Positions 19,708-29,710 of a stretch of DNA of 64,000 bases are shown here, in pieces. Position 1 is the stretch's first letter. Every line of letters begins with the position of its first letter. The notes beneath the pieces were generated by a model. It saw only the letters and a program-made list of their open reading frames with translations. It had not been told where the DNA came from and made no database searches. Source of the stretch: a virus. The stretch spans positions 4,496 through 68,495 of IMG/VR virus record IMGVR_UViG_3300036900_000443; one strand, given 5' to 3'. The position numbers were made by a program, and so were the translations under genes.

Positions 19708-19970
19708 TTCTTCTTTCCTCCCTGGCCCGCCTTACGAGCCTCTGACATCGCAATCGCCACCGCCTGCTTGCGCGAGCCGACCTTGGGTCCTTGTTTCGAA
19801 CCGGAGTGCAACTCGCCATGCTTGAACTCGTGCATCACCTTTTGCACCTTGCCGCCCTTGGCAATCGTCAACGCCGGCGAGTCGAGACGCGGCTCGGCCG
19901 TCGAGGGCGCGAGCAGAGACGGCTTCAGTAGTTTGCCGGGACTGAACAAGCGCGACATTCCGTTGGCCAT
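19704..19970 (-). CDS. DUF6496-like small basic protein
   Basis: KVQKVMHEFKHGELHSGSKQGPKVGSRKQAVAIAMSEARKAG. Confidence 0.75.
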   Translation of the reverse strand: MANGMSRLFSPGKLLKPSLLAPSTAEPRLDSPALTIAKGGKVQKVMHEFKHGELHSGSKQGPKVGSRKQAVAIAMSEARKAGQGGKKK

Positions 19971-19980
19971 CGTTCCTCCT

Positions 19981-20247
19981 TTAAGGCGTCATGACCAGGC
20001 CGCAGTTGGTCACCCCGGTGAGAGTGAGCGTGCCGCCGCCATTGCAGACAATGGCTCCGTTGCCGAAGCTGATGTAGCCCGGCGCACCGAGCACCATGTT
20101 GAGGACGGTCTTGCCGGTGCCATCCACGATCTTCACCGTGCCCACCACGTCGGCCATCACGCCGTGGATCAGGATCTTGGCGGGAGGCGGCGTTGCGATC
20201 GCTCCCCCCGCCGTGAAGTTGCGATAAGAGTAAGGAACCGCAACCAT
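19981..20247 (-). CDS. Small structural hypothetical protein
   Basis: ORF directly after the major capsid gene, with GGA RBS. Confidence 0.55.
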   Translation of the reverse strand: MVAVPYSYRNFTAGGAIATPPPAKILIHGVMADVVGTVKIVDGTGKTVLNMVLGAPGYISFGNGAIVCNGGGTLTLTGVTNCGLVMTP

Positions 20248-20259
20248 AGTTTCGGGTTC

Positions 20260-21168
20260 CTATACTCCCTGCGAAGAGAGAATCCCTAACGGATCCGACC
20301 AGTAGAAGCAGTAGCGTTCACGTGCTTTGTAGCGGAAGTTCCCGGTATCAAAATCCTCGTCGTTGCCGTAGGACAGCGGGACTCTGGTAAAGCCCTTTAG
20401 CCCGTTCGGAATGTCGGTCAAGATGTGCCACTGCGTGGGATTGGCCAAATAGTTATTGACCTTAAATCCTTCCTTGAAGATGCCCATCTCGCGCAGCGCA
20501 TTGATGTCGTTGGCGGACGTGCCCGGCCGCAGCGGAGTCTGCAGTAAGCGTGTCGCCTGGAATTGCAATTGGCGCGGCACGATGATGGCTTGCGGAGCCG
20601 CGTTGATCAGCAGTCCTCGATCGTCGTACCAACCCTGCATCTGAATGACAGCGTTCTCGAGCGAGGTTTCGTTCAGCTGCGCCGGCGTGGCCAAGGCATT
20701 CGAAATCGTTCCCTGCAAGAGAGGATGCACGGTATTCGCAAGCGATACCCCGTCGCCGCCCGGATAGGTGGCACTGAAGGCACGATCGAGTACCGCGGCT
20801 GCTTTGAACTGCTTCGTCTGACTCATACTGCGGGCCAGCATTTCGGTGTTGCCCTTGGCACGTTCGAAGTACAGATTGTCTTCGAGTGCTTCCTCGGTGA
20901 TCTCGTAGCCCAAGGCAATCGTCTCGTGGTAGTAGCGCACCCGGTAACTTTCCGAATAGGCGTCGTAGACAATGCCCGCGCCTTCCTTCTTCACCGGAGC
21001 CAAGCCCATGCCTGTGGTTTTGAGCTCTTCCTCGTACTCTCGTTGGGAGGTTTCCATCTTGAAAATCTGCGTGTGCTGTTCGGGCCAATCCTTATATTTG
21101 GTCCCGAAGATCGCGTTCAGTCCCGGCACCAGTTGGCGGGAAATTCTAGCCCTGTTAATGGTCGCCAT
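20260..21168 (-). CDS. Major capsid protein
   Basis: 302 aa; LVPGLNAIFG, HETIALGYEITEEALEDNLY, DFDTGNFRYKARERY; follows scaffold and decoration genes. Confidence 0.85.
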   Translation of the reverse strand: MATINRARISRQLVPGLNAIFGTKYKDWPEQHTQIFKMETSQREYEEELKTTGMGLAPVKKEGAGIVYDAYSESYRVRYYHETIALGYEITEEALEDNLYFERAKGNTEMLARSMSQTKQFKAAAVLDRAFSATYPGGDGVSLANTVHPLLQGTISNALATPAQLNETSLENAVIQMQGWYDDRGLLINAAPQAIIVPRQLQFQATRLLQTPLRPGTSANDINALREMGIFKEGFKVNNYLANPTQWHILTDIPNGLKGFTRVPLSYGNDEDFDTGNFRYKARERYCFYWSDPLGILSSQGV

Positions 21169-21180
21169 GTTCGTTCCCCT

Positions 21181-21762
21181 TTAGGTCGCCAGTCCTACCT
21201 CGTAAGCGTGCACGCCCGGCGTCCAGCTCACGACAATGTCCGGATAGGTATCTTCCGGACGATCCACACGCACGATGCGCATGGCTAAGGTTGCGGTCAC
21301 TGCCACCGAGCCCACATCGAGCGAAATCTGCGAATTCTGCGGGGCGCCGGTCGAACCGAAATTCACCAGCGGCGCATTCCTGCCAATAAAGTTAGCCGGT
21401 CCATAGGGGCCTGCGGCGTTGCCCTGGACGTAGAACAGCGCATCCGGGTCATCCGTCACATGACACACCACGCTCTTGTAGCCGAGACTCGAAATCGAGT
21501 TCGGGGAGAGATACTGGATCTCGACCGGAACGTTGTTGTTGTCGTAGTAGAAAAAGCCGTCACACACGCCAATCACGGGCGCCGACGGCGTAGGGGTCGC
21601 GGTCACTGCCACGATGCCGCCGGCCGCTAAGGCCACCGGATCGCCGATGCGAATCAGCACGGTGTTATTGACCAGAACCGGATAGTCGTTCAATGCCCCG
21701 GCCTGCCGCCGTCCCGCCAGCATGGCCACGGTACGCAGCCCGTAGGGGCCTTGCACATTCAT
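21181..21762 (-). CDS. Putative capsid decoration/cement protein
   Basis: PYGLR..., IGDPV, V.DDPDALF.VQ; immediately upstream of the capsid gene. Confidence 0.6.
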   Translation of the reverse strand: MNVQGPYGLRTVAMLAGRRQAGALNDYPVLVNNTVLIRIGDPVALAAGGIVAVTATPTPSAPVIGVCDGFFYYDNNNVPVEIQYLSPNSISSLGYKSVVCHVTDDPDALFYVQGNAAGPYGPANFIGRNAPLVNFGSTGAPQNSQISLDVGSVAVTATLAMRIVRVDRPEDTYPDIVVSWTPGVHAYEVGLAT

Positions 21763-21828
21763 GAGACACTCCTCAAGTCGCACCCGCTCACGCGGGGTAG
21801 AGAGTTAGGACGTGAGGAGAATCTGTGC

Positions 21829-22308
21829 TTACGTGCGTCGTGCGCGGCGTACGTATCCGAATTCCGTATCCTCTTCCCGACGACCGAAGGTAGGAAGCAT
21901 CCGGGTAGAATGAGCGAGCACATCGTCCACGCCGTTGTTTAAGCGCCGCGTCACCATGTCCTCGTAATAACGAAGCTTGCGATTCACTAACTCGTCGGCT
22001 TTCTTGCAGAGCAAGCAGCCGCCGATTTCAATACAACCGTTCTGCAGCCAGGGGCTGCGACCTGTCACCATGGTCAGGATGTGTGGCTGTTCGGATTGTT
22101 CGACTGGTTCCCAGCCGTCGCGGAACGCCTTGTCCGCATCTTCCCAGCACTCCTGCCCATGCACGCTGACCACGATCCATTGATAGGTGTAGCCCAACAG
22201 GGGAATCGGGTCCGGTAACTTGGCGGGCTCTTCGTACGGCGCAGGGCCTCGACCCCGACCCGCACGAGCAGCCATCTCACGGTCCATACGGAAATTGTCG
22301 GAACGCAT
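21829..22308 (-). CDS. Conserved head-region hypothetical protein
   Basis: GYTYQWI..S..GQ...RDGWEPV...IEIGG.LLCK. Confidence 0.6.
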   Translation of the reverse strand: MRSDNFRMDREMAARAGRGRGPAPYEEPAKLPDPIPLLGYTYQWIVVSVHGQECWEDADKAFRDGWEPVEQSEQPHILTMVTGRSPWLQNGCIEIGGCLLCKKADELVNRKLRYYEDMVTRRLNNGVDDVLAHSTRMLPTFGRREEDTEFGYVRRARRT

Positions 22309-22313
22309 TTCGT

Positions 22314-23228
22314 CTACTCATTCCCTGCGTTCTGGAGCATTAGTTTGTACTTCTCCAGAGCGTAGTCTTTTTCGGAAACGCCCAAGTGCGCGGCTGCCCT
22401 GCGCTCCTCTTCGGATAATTCGACGACTTTGCGTCCCGCAGCGGGTTTCTGGGTGCCATTCCCAGCAGCGGAATAGCTCGACCCCACAACTGCGGTCGGA
22501 GTTCCGGTTCCGCGGACGGGAGCCATTACGCCTTGAATCGCTCTCCAATATGCGCTAGAACCGCGAACTACACCGGATCGTACCAGATTCGTTTCAAACT
22601 GTAAAATCCTTTTCGTCTGCTCGTTGAGCGGCTGTCCATCGGGAGCCACCGCAAACCAGTGCGCATTCTGTTGGCGCCACTGTTCGCGCTGCACCGCGTA
22701 GTCGGGCGTCTCGGGATAGGGAGTGTATGCGGGCGTCGGCTGCGCCGCCGGCGTTGGGGGCGGCACTTGATACTGCGTCGAGCCGTTTTGGAACTGCACC
22801 TTCTTGGCTTTCAGCTCCATCAGCTTTCCGGTCAGCTCCGTCACCTTCTCGGGCGCATTGCCGCGCAGCGCATTGGTAACTTCCTGTTCCGCCTTCGAAA
22901 TCTCCGCATCGAGATTGGCGCCCACCGCGGCCGTGGCTAATTGCCGCAGCTGCGCATTGGCTTCTTCCATTTGCTGCAAGCGCTGGCGATAGGTTTCGGC
23001 CGCTCGATAAGCACCGTCCCGCTCCCGCTTGGCAGTTTCCGATTCGTAATGCTTCTGCGCAATACGCCGATCCGCTCGCCGCGGCGCCCCGTCTGGCTTC
23101 GGCGGTTCGGGCTCCGGGCCGGCCGTATGGACAATCTCGATATCGTCCGGCTTGACCTCCGGCTGCGGCAGCGGGGTCTTTAATTCGAAATCCAAGCCGA
23201 GCTCTTCCGGCTTAATCTCCTGCGCCAT
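22314..23228 (-). CDS. Scaffolding-like protein
   Basis: Coiled-coil body; C-terminal V.LSEEERRAAAHLGVSEKDYA; lies between portal and capsid genes. Confidence 0.65.
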   Translation of the reverse strand: MAQEIKPEELGLDFELKTPLPQPEVKPDDIEIVHTAGPEPEPPKPDGAPRRADRRIAQKHYESETAKRERDGAYRAAETYRQRLQQMEEANAQLRQLATAAVGANLDAEISKAEQEVTNALRGNAPEKVTELTGKLMELKAKKVQFQNGSTQYQVPPPTPAAQPTPAYTPYPETPDYAVQREQWRQQNAHWFAVAPDGQPLNEQTKRILQFETNLVRSGVVRGSSAYWRAIQGVMAPVRGTGTPTAVVGSSYSAAGNGTQKPAAGRKVVELSEEERRAAAHLGVSEKDYALEKYKLMLQNAGNE

Positions 23229-23601
23229 ACTCGACTCCTTTTTTGTTCACCGCCAACGGCGGCTTCTTGCCCGTACTGCTGGGCAGCGGTGGTAGAAATA
23301 AGTACGGCTGCCCCGGCCACCACAGCTCCTCTTCCGGCTCTACCTTCTTCGCTTTCCACTTCGTCAGCTTCTCCCAGAAGCGCTCCACATCGCTGCGCGG
23401 GCAGCCCTCTTGCCGCGCCAGCCGGCGCAAAGCGCTCAGGTGCATGCCTTCGTAGCGGCAGTAGATGGCGTACACCCAGCGTTCAAAGACCGTCAGAAAC
23501 TGTTCGAAGGTCGCCTCTGCCGGACCGGCCGCGACTCGTTTCCGTTGCGCTTCAGCGCACACCCGATCCCCCAGCTTTTCTTGCCACTCGTCCCAGGTCA
23601 T
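23212..23601 (-). CDS. Hypothetical protein
   Basis: Start MTWDEW overlaps the GroES-like stop (ATGA coupling). Confidence 0.45.
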   Translation of the reverse strand: MTWDEWQEKLGDRVCAEAQRKRVAAGPAEATFEQFLTVFERWVYAIYCRYEGMHLSALRRLARQEGCPRSDVERFWEKLTKWKAKKVEPEEELWWPGQPYLFLPPLPSSTGKKPPLAVNKKGVEYGAGD

Positions 23602-24038
23602 GCCGCGTTCACCCGATCCACTTTCTCCGGACGATCGACGATCGCGAGCACATGCCGGTCTTCGACAATGCGATACTCGACGAACTCGCTGTCGGACACC
23701 ACAAAGCGCGTGCCGGTATAGGAGTGAATCAAAACATAATCGCCGGGCTCGCACCAACTCGCCGGACGAATCCCCAACAGCAAGCCCAGCCGGCCGATGA
23801 AACTCAAGGGAAAATGCGCTCGGTCCTGATAGGCGCTCGGCCCCACCTCGACGACTTTGGCCACAATGCTCGCAGCCTGCTCGCGCTGTCGATAATCTTC
23901 CGGACGGAAGATGCCGGTCGCAGTCTGCTCCGAACGCGTCGGGATGCCGATCAAGATGTGATAGCCGCAGGGCTTCACGACAAACGACGGCGACTCGATT
24001 TCTTCTTCTGCCAGTACGGTTACTGTTTCCGTTCCCAT
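23598..24038 (-). CDS. groES: GroES/Cpn10-like co-chaperonin
   Basis: KPCGYHILI...TATGIF.P...VVEVGPSAY...GDYVL...YTGT...EYRIVED..VLAIV. Confidence 0.75.
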   Translation of the reverse strand: MGTETVTVLAEEEIESPSFVVKPCGYHILIGIPTRSEQTATGIFRPEDYRQREQAASIVAKVVEVGPSAYQDRAHFPLSFIGRLGLLLGIRPASWCEPGDYVLIHSYTGTRFVVSDSEFVEYRIVEDRHVLAIVDRPEKVDRVNAA

Positions 24039-24223
24039 TCGAGAATCACATCCTCCACATCTGACTCGGCCAACTGCAGCCCCTCCATCACCCCGCAGGC
24101 GCGTTGATAAAGGTCAAAGCCTACAAAGCGTCCCTGCAAAATACGATTCGCTTGTTCGGCTAAGCGCTCGCGTAATTGCTTGCGGCAGCCGTACAGACCC
24201 CGCAGCTCGAACTCTTCGGGCAC
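24020..24223 (-). CDS. Small hypothetical protein after portal
   Basis: Y...CG.MEGL..AE pattern; abuts the portal stop. Confidence 0.55.
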   Translation of the reverse strand: MPEEFELRGLYGCRKQLRERLAEQANRILQGRFVGFDLYQRACGVMEGLQLAESDVEDVILEWERKQ

Positions 24224-26506
24224 CTAGCCTCCCGCCTTCTGCTCGAGCTCGAGCAAACGCAGCTGCGCATCGATCTGCTGCTTCTGCTGCTGGAGCTGCA
24301 GCTTTTGTTGATCGATCTGTTCGCGATGCTGCTGCTTTTGTTGATCAAGCTGTTGCTTCTGTTGCTCGAGTTGAAACACCGGATCCTGCGCTTGCTGTTG
24401 CGCTTGCTGTTGCGCCTGCTGCGCGTTGTCGGCTTCGGTCGCCTGCTGCGCCGCCGAGGCCATACCCTGGCTCATGCCGTCCTGCACCTCGGGCTCCATG
24501 GGAATCGGGAAGGGTTTGCCGAACTGCTTCTCGACTTCCTTCCAATGCTGGAATCCCGCATGCTCCGCAATGTGCGCCTGCAAGGCTGCCATCTTGGCCT
24601 GGGCTTGCGGGTCTTGCGCCAGCTCCTGTTGGACCTTCTGGTTCTGCGACAACGATTGATGGACTTGTAAGTGCGCCGCGTGCTCCTGGTCGAAGAAGGC
24701 CTTGACCGGCCGGCCCGTTAGGAGACACAGATTCTCGGTGACCGGATCCAAGCGTTCGGCCGCATCCGGATTCTTCAATAAGTTATCCGGGTTCTCGATC
24801 CCCAAGGCCTGCAGGTACCACTTCAAAGCGTTGTAGAGATCGAAGGCCGAAGGGTTCTGCGCCAGAATACCGGCGAGCGATTGCCCTTGTAAGAGGCGCT
24901 CCGCCCGCGTCGACTTGGCGGGGTCGGCGACCGGTGAGATGCGCAAGAGATCGAGGTCGGGAAGATTGCCGACTTCCGCCTCGAGCTCGGCGACTAATTC
25001 GAATTCTTCTTCGACGGAATCGCGCACGCGAGAGGACACCGCGCTCACCGCTTGCAACTGCCGATCGAGGATCGATAGAACCGTGGTGGCCGGTAAGTCG
25101 CCCGATCCGGGGAGATCCTGCAAAGAAGCTTGTGCATTGACCGCAGATGCCTTCCCTGTCTCTGCGACCTGCTGCTGCAATTGCAAAAGCACCGCATCGG
25201 GCGACTTATAAGGACCCGTGAAGAAGCAGTTGGCAATCGGAATCGCTGGATCGACTTCCGCATCGCGCCACTCACCCGGCCGCAGGGGACGATTGTCTTC
25301 GCGAATCTTTAAGGCTTTGTTCTTGTAGCCCGCGGGGAAGTTGGCCAAGGTGCCGGCATCGATCAGCTGCCGCCAGAGACTCGTCGCGGCAAAGGCCAGG
25401 TTGCCCAAGATGTGCCCCAGGCCCAAGCCGTAACTCCCAAACGCCGGGATGTACTGATAGGCCACATACATCTTGCGGCGCCGGCAATCGGGATCGTCCT
25501 CGCGCCAGTTGCGATAGACCGCAACGACCGCATTGGTCGAGCGATCGAGCGTGACGATATAGGGCAGTGCCCGACCGGTGGGTTCGGCGCTGAACAGATC
25601 CTCGCCGAGCGACAGATAGACATTCGCCTCGTAGAGCTCCAAGAAGTCGTCGGTCAAAACACTCTGGGTAAAGCCCGAGAGCTCCTGCTCTTTGCGCTCC
25701 ACTACTTCGATCGGATGATAGGTGGGCGACAGCGGGATGTCGCGATAGAAGCCGTCGAGCTGATTGCGCTTTACCTCTTCCGGAGTCTGGCGGAGCAAAT
25801 GGGTATAGCGCGGGCAACGCTCCAAATGCGGGAAGCCGTAGGGCAAGAGAAAGTCTTCGGGCGCCACGACGTCGACGCGTGTTCTCCGTTCCAAGCGGTC
25901 GTAATAGATCTTCGAGAACACCGCTCCGGCAGTCCCCAGCACAAAGAGCTGATGTTCCTTTTCTCGTTTCCAGTAGCGTTCGGTGCGGGTAAAGAAGCGG
26001 TTCAAACGCTTTTCAATCTGCCGGGCACGGATCGCATCCTCGTCTGTCTGCTGCCCTTCGGCGCCTTCGTCGTACATCACCTTGACGGGACCCGAGGGAG
26101 GGCACAGCTCGCGAATGGTATCCGACTGGAAGCGAATGACCGCATCGATCAGCATGGTGTGAAACACCCCGCTGGCACCCTTGAAAGGCTCCGTTCTCTC
26201 CTCGAGCTTCAGTCCCAAGAGCTCCAGCGCCTTCGAATACGTCCGCATCCACACCCGACGGGATTGCGAATCGGCATCGATCCAGGCACGGATCTTGCTG
26301 CCGATGGCCCCCAGGTCGCTGTCGGATAACGTCAGCGCCAGGTTCTGATGGAAGCCCTTCTCGGGATCGAGCAAGGGACCCTTGTGGTCCTCGAGATCGA
26401 TACGAATCGGCCCGCTGATTTCGGTGGGTGGCTCGTGCATCCCGTCCAGTAAGACCGTCGACGGCCCGTTAATCGCAGAGGGAGCAGCCGCGGTTAGAAC
26501 GGACAT
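24224..26506 (-). CDS. Portal protein
   Basis: 760 aa after TerL; EPFKGASGVFH.ML, FSKIYYD, RQLIDAGTLANFPAG; Q-rich coiled-coil tail as in P22-like portals. Confidence 0.85.
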   Translation of the reverse strand: MSVLTAAAPSAINGPSTVLLDGMHEPPTEISGPIRIDLEDHKGPLLDPEKGFHQNLALTLSDSDLGAIGSKIRAWIDADSQSRRVWMRTYSKALELLGLKLEERTEPFKGASGVFHTMLIDAVIRFQSDTIRELCPPSGPVKVMYDEGAEGQQTDEDAIRARQIEKRLNRFFTRTERYWKREKEHQLFVLGTAGAVFSKIYYDRLERRTRVDVVAPEDFLLPYGFPHLERCPRYTHLLRQTPEEVKRNQLDGFYRDIPLSPTYHPIEVVERKEQELSGFTQSVLTDDFLELYEANVYLSLGEDLFSAEPTGRALPYIVTLDRSTNAVVAVYRNWREDDPDCRRRKMYVAYQYIPAFGSYGLGLGHILGNLAFAATSLWRQLIDAGTLANFPAGYKNKALKIREDNRPLRPGEWRDAEVDPAIPIANCFFTGPYKSPDAVLLQLQQQVAETGKASAVNAQASLQDLPGSGDLPATTVLSILDRQLQAVSAVSSRVRDSVEEEFELVAELEAEVGNLPDLDLLRISPVADPAKSTRAERLLQGQSLAGILAQNPSAFDLYNALKWYLQALGIENPDNLLKNPDAAERLDPVTENLCLLTGRPVKAFFDQEHAAHLQVHQSLSQNQKVQQELAQDPQAQAKMAALQAHIAEHAGFQHWKEVEKQFGKPFPIPMEPEVQDGMSQGMASAAQQATEADNAQQAQQQAQQQAQDPVFQLEQQKQQLDQQKQQHREQIDQQKLQLQQQKQQIDAQLRLLELEQKAGG

Positions 26507-26694
26507 CGCGACTCCTCATGTTGTTGTTGTTCCCGCTCGTAAGCGCGTTCCGCACAGACCTTACATGCTACGTAGCCGTCGGGCACCAGGCGCCCGCAGC
26601 GTGGACAGCGATAGGGTTCGGCCGGTTCCTGCCGCCACTCGAGCGAGAGTTCTAATTGTTGTTCCACGTTTCCCTTTGCTTTCGTTCGTTTCAC
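26494..26694 (-). CDS. Small zinc-finger protein
   Basis: CPRC...CKVC; fills the gap between TerL and portal. Confidence 0.4.
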   Translation of the reverse strand: MKRTKAKGNVEQQLELSLEWRQEPAEPYRCPRCGRLVPDGYVACKVCAERAYEREQQQHEESRCPF

Positions 26695-28338
26695 TTAGCC
26701 GTAGTACGCCACCTCGTTCCAGGCCTGCGTGACCGGCATGGGTTCGTCGGATGCGGTCTCGAGCTGTCCGCCGCGGCGGAGTTTCAAGAGACACATGGCA
26801 GCGGTGTCGACGTAGTCGTCGTAGAGTCCGTTGGGGAATTCGGCGAGCTCCTGCGCGACCGTGGTTGACCAGCGCTCGTTAGCGCCGTCCGCCCGCCGCC
26901 AGACACAGCCGCTCTTAAATAAGTCCGCAACGGAGGACAAGCGCAGGTATTTCGACATGCCCCGTACCGGGAAGAAGTCTTCGACGGGAATCCCCGACTG
27001 GCGGAGCTCTTGTACTAAGGGAGCGCCGGCGGATTTCGATTCGATAATGACGGTGTCCGGCTGCCAGAGTTGTATCGCCTGTTTCGCCGCCTGCTTGAGT
27101 TGCGGGAATTCCAAGCGATCGCGGAAGGCGTCGAGGAGAATGATTTGGGGCAAGGACAGCATGCGCTCGTAGCGCTGCACTTGTTCCCGATTCAGTTCCG
27201 GTAATTCGGGATAGAGCTGCGTCCGATACTCGAGCGGCAGGTCGGACAACATGAACAAGCCCCAGGTGAGACAGGCGGAGTAGTTCGCGTTGCGCAGATC
27301 TTTCGATTGGGCAAACGAGGTATCCCAACCTTGCACGATGTAGCGCACCCGCGGCAGCCACGTCTCGTGCCACAGATTCCAGTCTTCAAGCGCCACGAGA
27401 CTCGTCGCTTCCGAGACCGGGCGCTGCTGATACTGGCACATCCATTTCCCCGCCGGCATATCGCGGCGGAGTTGTTGCAGTTCTTCGAGCGGCCAACGCT
27501 CCGGCCAACCCGAGCGTTCCTCTTCCGTCTCTGTGCCGGCGCCCAAGATGGCAGGCATGGTGAGATGCGTCCAGGCCGCAGAGTCGGACTTCGAGCTCTC
27601 GCGGATCCGTGAGACGACATCCTTCGCGCCCCACAGCGTGTTGATTAATCCCAAGACGCCGCCGGGCTCGAGACGTTGACGAGGTCCCGAGGTATACCAA
27701 TCCCAGATCCCGTCGAGCTGATGACCCGTCGGATCGAGAGCATCCTGTTCGGCCACGATGTCGTCGAGTAAGACACAGTCTCCGCCGCGGCCGGAGATGG
27801 TGCCGCCGGTGCCGATGGCAAAGAATTCTCCGCCGGCCTCTAAATGCCAATGCCCGGCGCTACGGCTGTCTTTCGCTAACGACACGCCGGGGAACAAGCT
27901 CTGATAGGCCTCCGAGCGAATCAGGTTGCGGATTTGACGCGAGAAGCTGACGGCCAAATCCGCGGTACGCGAAGCGCCGATAAATTTGTGATGCGGCTCG
28001 TTTCCCAAATACCAAGCGGGGAAGAGAATCGATGCGAGAGAGCTTTTCCCAAAGCGTGGGGGCATCGCAATCGTAATGCGTTTGCGTTTGCGTTCCGCCA
28101 GCTCCATCAGCGTTTGGGCAATACTGCGCAAGTGCTGTCCATCTTTCCAGCCCGGAAAGACGCACTGCGCAAAAGAGTACAGATCTGCACGGGCCCGTAC
28201 GGCGACGCGCTCTCTCCGTTCGGCTAAGAGCTGTTCCCCGCTTAAGCCAATACGCACCGAATAGCGGCTGAGCTCTTTGCGCTCGCCGTCATCGAGCACC
28301 CCGCCGGAGACAAAGCGTTCAAACAGCGCTCGCGACAT
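26695..28338 (-). CDS. terL: Terminase large subunit
   Basis: Walker A MPPRFGKS, Walker B LLDD, RNase-H-like QGWDTSF and FPNG.YDDYVDT. Confidence 0.92.
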   Translation of the reverse strand: MSRALFERFVSGGVLDDGERKELSRYSVRIGLSGEQLLAERRERVAVRARADLYSFAQCVFPGWKDGQHLRSIAQTLMELAERKRKRITIAMPPRFGKSSLASILFPAWYLGNEPHHKFIGASRTADLAVSFSRQIRNLIRSEAYQSLFPGVSLAKDSRSAGHWHLEAGGEFFAIGTGGTISGRGGDCVLLDDIVAEQDALDPTGHQLDGIWDWYTSGPRQRLEPGGVLGLINTLWGAKDVVSRIRESSKSDSAAWTHLTMPAILGAGTETEEERSGWPERWPLEELQQLRRDMPAGKWMCQYQQRPVSEATSLVALEDWNLWHETWLPRVRYIVQGWDTSFAQSKDLRNANYSACLTWGLFMLSDLPLEYRTQLYPELPELNREQVQRYERMLSLPQIILLDAFRDRLEFPQLKQAAKQAIQLWQPDTVIIESKSAGAPLVQELRQSGIPVEDFFPVRGMSKYLRLSSVADLFKSGCVWRRADGANERWSTTVAQELAEFPNGLYDDYVDTAAMCLLKLRRGGQLETASDEPMPVTQAWNEVAYYG

Positions 28339-28629
28339 TACGCAGACAGCCCATTACCGTACAAGGTACTCCAATTCCGTACAGACGTCTATCCCTTCCG
28401 GACCGAATGGGACCCGCCACTACAGAAGTAGTTCGGAAGCCGTGCGCCAAAAAGGCGAAACAGTGCTAGGCTAAGCGCAAGCAATACGCTTCGAACGAAA
28501 GATTCACCCTTATAGACAGCGGCTCGTTCCCTCGTGGAATGGGCCGCATTTTTCTGGTCTGCACGCAAAAAAAGCTGGAGCAAAGTTTGCCTCCCCTGCT
28601 CCAGCAAATGGTCGAGATTTAATGCAGTT

Positions 28630-28869
28630 TCAGTGTACGTCCCGTGGAACCAACTGGCAAGTCGGTCGCCCCACTTCCAGTGCTGTTCCTAAACATTCTT
28701 CGCACATCGGCAGCGAGAGATGTTCTGTAGAGAACACTTCGCGTAGTTGCCCGTCCCGGCTGCGAATTTGTACTACCCTTCGCCCCGGTAACGGCCCGTC
28801 TACTAACGCGGCATCCTGTATTTCTACAGGCTTGCCGCAGAAAAAGCAGTGAATACTGCGACGTTTCAT
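28630..28869 (-). CDS. Small zinc-binding hypothetical protein
   Basis: CFFC...CEEC; start preceded by GCACAC. Confidence 0.4.
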   Translation of the reverse strand: MKRRSIHCFFCGKPVEIQDAALVDGPLPGRRVVQIRSRDGQLREVFSTEHLSLPMCEECLGTALEVGRPTCQLVPRDVH

Positions 28870-29007
28870 GTGTGCGTTGGTTTTTGCCATGCAGGAAGTG
28901 TAAAGCGAAAGGTCTCGTTTGCATCCGTTATCGCGGAAATCTTTTTCAGCTCCCGATTCGTCTCATTCGCACCATTCCCCGGATTTGCCAAAAAACCTGT
29001 GGAAAAG

Positions 29008-29190
29008 CTATAAGCGGAAGGGATCTTCTTGGACTTTCTTTTCAAGTGCCTCCAGTTTCCGCTCCAGCTCCTCGAGACGCTTCTGATGCAGGTCCAAGCG
29101 CCTCGTATTTGTCCAGGTAAACTGGCTGACCACCTTCCCGGCCTTCCTCTCCCGGTATCGTTTGCAGCGTTCTGCGTTGGTGAGCTTCAT
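29008..29190 (-). CDS. Small basic putative DNA-binding protein
   Basis: LTNAERCKRYRERK followed by a coiled coil. Confidence 0.55.
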   Translation of the reverse strand: MKLTNAERCKRYRERKAGKVVSQFTWTNTRRLDLHQKRLEELERKLEALEKKVQEDPFRL

Positions 29191-29710
29191 GTCACGACAT
29201 TTTGACATATTTGTACGGAGACGTGCAGAATCAACGGGTCGTGTCAAACCGTGTCAAATGTCGGGTCGGTACATGTCGCGTGATCCCCAATCAGCCTATG
29301 CGACATGTGTCGTCGACATGAATCAGCTGCTGCGACACGTGTCGTGACATGCTGCGCGAGGTGCATTGCGGGAAGTTGGAGGTCGTAAGAGTGGAATAAT
29401 ATCGGCCGGTCAGCGAGCGTGGGCACCCAAAAAGGGGGCCAGGCAGGCTCGCGCAGGGCGGCGCCAGGGACCCGCGGAAGCAGGCCGGACAGGCCGCCGG
29501 CCGGGCCTGGCGAGCCCCAGGCCGCAGCACATTGCGGATCATTGCGGCCGAGCGCGTTGCAAACACAGCTGTTACGCATATGCATGGCGGTTTGTGAAAC
29601 CGCCGCGCTTCCTTTGGCGCGGGATCGCCTGCGAGCTCGAGCCTGCCGGGCCGCGGGAGTGGAGCTGGCAATTGGCGCCAGGGCGCCGGCCGGGCGCGTG
29701 TCGCGACACG
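29189..29710. repeat. Cluster of TGTC-N2-GACA palindromes in the late/early divergence region
   Basis: ATGTCACGACAT 29189-29200, TGTCGTGACA 29340-29349, perfect CGTGTCGCGACACG 29697-29710, plus partial copies at about 29270-29340. Confidence 0.6.

Noticed and set aside
18469-20289. 606-aa plus-strand ORF and similar long antisense ORFs (e.g. 25412-26329, 20563-21288, 14458-15333)
   Set aside because: Arg/His-rich shadow frames of GC-rich minus-strand structural genes.
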